Source: a virus. Taken from it: 64,000 nt of DNA. Of this stretch, positions 62,700 to 64,000 are shown piece after piece. The translations under genes were made by a program, and so were the position numbers. Location: IMG/VR virus record IMGVR_UViG_3300012642_000011, positions 160,001 to 224,000 of that record. One strand, given 5' to 3'. The first letter of the stretch is position 1; each line of letters starts with the position of its first letter. The notes under the pieces are model-generated. The model worked only from the letters and a program-made list of their open reading frames with translations. It ran no database searches and had not been told where the DNA came from.

Positions 62700-62745
62700 A
62701 CGGCCCGCTGTCCTCCCGTGTGGGGTTCTAGCGGGCCGTTAGTGA
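62700..62745. repeat. conserved GC-hairpin element, copy 3
   Basis: CGGCCCGCT-GTCCTCCCGTGTGGGGTTCT-AGCGGGCCG: 9-bp perfect stem. Confidence 0.6.
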
Positions 62746-62787
62746 TTGCTTCTGATGTGCTGACAGGAGTGAGCAGCGTGGGGGCGT

Positions 62788-63189
62788 TCAGTCGTGCGTC
62801 TTGGGGCGTCGAATCGTGATGCCGGTGATTTCTCTCTTGCCATCGCCCCAGTAGTCATCCTTGAGCATGACAGTTCCCCACGTCACATGATCTCCGACTC
62901 GGATGTGCTTGCCGGTATCGTCGTGGATGATTTCCATGTTGTCGTTGATCTGTTGTGCCGTGTTGTTGGGGGTGGCTTTACGGTTCTGCAGGTCGTTGAA
63001 GAAGTACACTCCCCAGATGCAGAGGAAGGGGAGAATCATGAGGCAGATCATGAAGTAGACGGCAGCGGTTGCATCGGTCAGCACGGGGGTGATGTCTGCG
63101 ACCATCCATGCGAGCAGGTTGTTGAAGGGGTGAGAGGCGTGCGCGTAGTTGAGCGTTTCGATGAACGTCTCGATCAGCGTTTCAATCAT
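62788..63189 (-). CDS. membrane protein, hypothetical
   Basis: Start set at MIETLIETF where ATG overlaps the stop of the upstream paralog (ATGA); TM helices followed by a soluble C-terminus. Confidence 0.5.
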   Translation of the reverse strand: MIETLIETFIETLNYAHASHPFNNLLAWMVADITPVLTDATAAVYFMICLMILPFLCIWGVYFFNDLQNRKATPNNTAQQINDNMEIIHDDTGKHIRVGDHVTWGTVMLKDDYWGDGKREITGITIRRPKTHD

Positions 63190-63638
63190 GATGCTCTCTC
63201 CTTCGTCTTCCATGTGTCTGGGGTGATGTAGCTGGCGTACATTTCATAGGTCGAGTGGTCGTTCTCGCCCCGCCAGACACCCACCCAGACACCTTCTGTT
63301 GCGTCGTAGGTGGCATGGCGCGTCGTGTAGGTCACCTCGTCCCACACGGCCTCGATAACTCCGTGGGCAGGGATGATCTGTGTGCCGTCCTCCGTGGGGA
63401 GGCTCTTGACGGGGCGGCGGATCGTGATGGCGCTGCCATTGCCGTCGCCACCCGCGATCCACATGCCGTCCTCGGCGCACCAGTCGTCGTCCTCGTTGCG
63501 GTGGTGGGCGATCCCCTCACGGATTTCGGTGCAGGTCACGCCGCGCGCCGCCCAGGTTTTTTTCCAGGTGATGTGGTCGCCGGGGAGCACGTCGTCAGGG
63601 GTCGCGTTCTCGATGGTCTGTACGTTCTGCTCGCTCAT
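63186..63638 (-). CDS. member C of the paralogous family
   Basis: MSEQNVQTIENA...LPGDHITW...REGIAHH...WIAGGDGNGSAITIRR...IIPAHGVIEAV...GVWVGVW; SD AAGGAGAG upstream. Confidence 0.6.
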   Translation of the reverse strand: MSEQNVQTIENATPDDVLPGDHITWKKTWAARGVTCTEIREGIAHHRNEDDDWCAEDGMWIAGGDGNGSAITIRRPVKSLPTEDGTQIIPAHGVIEAVWDEVTYTTRHATYDATEGVWVGVWRGENDHSTYEMYASYITPDTWKTKERAS

Positions 63639-63743
63639 TCTGTTCTCTCCTTCAGAAGAAATTGGTAGGGAGTGCTTTGCTCTGTGTTGTCCTCCCTGTT
63701 AACGTGATTATTTTACCAAGCGAGGGGACGCTCTGCTGTTTAC

Positions 63744-63995
63744 TCAATCGGTGGATCGAATTACAGCGTTGTTCTTCAGCCACGTTTCACCAGACACCAG
63801 CGCATCACCGAATACATCTGCTCGCTCGGATACCCACGCGTTATCACACACGTGTGCATTGCCGGACACATTTGCCATACCGAAAATCATCGCATTACCG
63901 GACACCAACGCATTTCCAGACACGCGTGCGTTACCAAATACCCATGCTGTGCCGATCACTCGTGCATTGCCGTCCACGCCTGCATTGCCAGACAC
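63744..63995 (-). CDS. hexapeptide-repeat ([GD]NAxV[SF]) protein; may extend beyond the window edge
   Basis: 12 consecutive 6-residue repeats GNARVI GTAWVF GNARVS GNALVS GNAMIF GMANVS GNAHVC..., suggesting a left-handed beta-helix-like repeat. Confidence 0.5.
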   Translation of the reverse strand: MSGNAGVDGNARVIGTAWVFGNARVSGNALVSGNAMIFGMANVSGNAHVCDNAWVSERADVFGDALVSGETWLKNNAVIRSTD

Positions 63996-64000
63996 GCATA

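Overview
The window splits into two very different parts. Positions 1-56.5 kb are AT-rich (about 37% GC by eye) and densely coding, mostly on the + strand. Positions 58.4-64 kb are visibly GC-richer and carry only minus-strand genes. Between them lies about 3 kb of non-coding DNA: a G-depleted A/C-rich tract, a cluster of DnaA boxes (candidate origin), then a C-poor G-rich repeat region.

Content of the AT-rich part:
- An IS607-family element (serine-recombinase TnpA plus a long TnpB) sits next to a cluster of RNA genes.
- Stable-RNA genes: tRNA-Cys, Val, Thr x2 and Ser, three aberrant tRNA-like elements, a tmRNA with tag ANSAKNDFALAA, and a candidate minimal RNase P RNA.
- Four tandem Flp-type prepilin paralogs and a fifth prepilin gene inside the Tad locus.
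- Housekeeping or phage-type genes: NadR-PnuC NAD salvage, CCA-adding enzyme, dCMP deaminase, MazG-like, histidine phosphatase.
- A dnaE split into two ORFs with dnaX between them.
- A hyperacidic protein followed by tandem NERD-domain nucleases.
- An FtsK-like protein whose P-loop is degenerate.
- A CAAX protease, a Cas4-like nuclease and a RecX-like protein.
- An orphan GyrA/ParC-like gene and radA.
- A Tad-like secretion/pilus locus. Its TadA/CpaF-family ATPase is interrupted in the Walker A motif by a KlbA-type intein carrying a LAGLIDADG homing endonuclease. The locus also holds two TadB/C, a RusA-like resolvase, a HerA/VirB4-like ATPase, CpaB and CpaE/ParA. Facing it are a PilT-like ATPase and an acidic repeat protein with a C-terminal PD-(D/E)xK-like domain.

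Many proteins carry unusual Asp/Glu-rich extensions.

The GC-richer part holds a translationally coupled minus-strand operon. It contains three paralogous ~150-aa proteins (one frameshifted), tiny membrane peptides with strong SD sites, conserved GC hairpin repeats and a hexapeptide-repeat protein.

Overall this looks like a bacterial-type replicon. Whether it is a reduced-genome bacterium, a huge phage or a megaplasmid cannot be decided from sequence alone. The Tad-like hybrid locus and the origin-like region are the most unusual parts.
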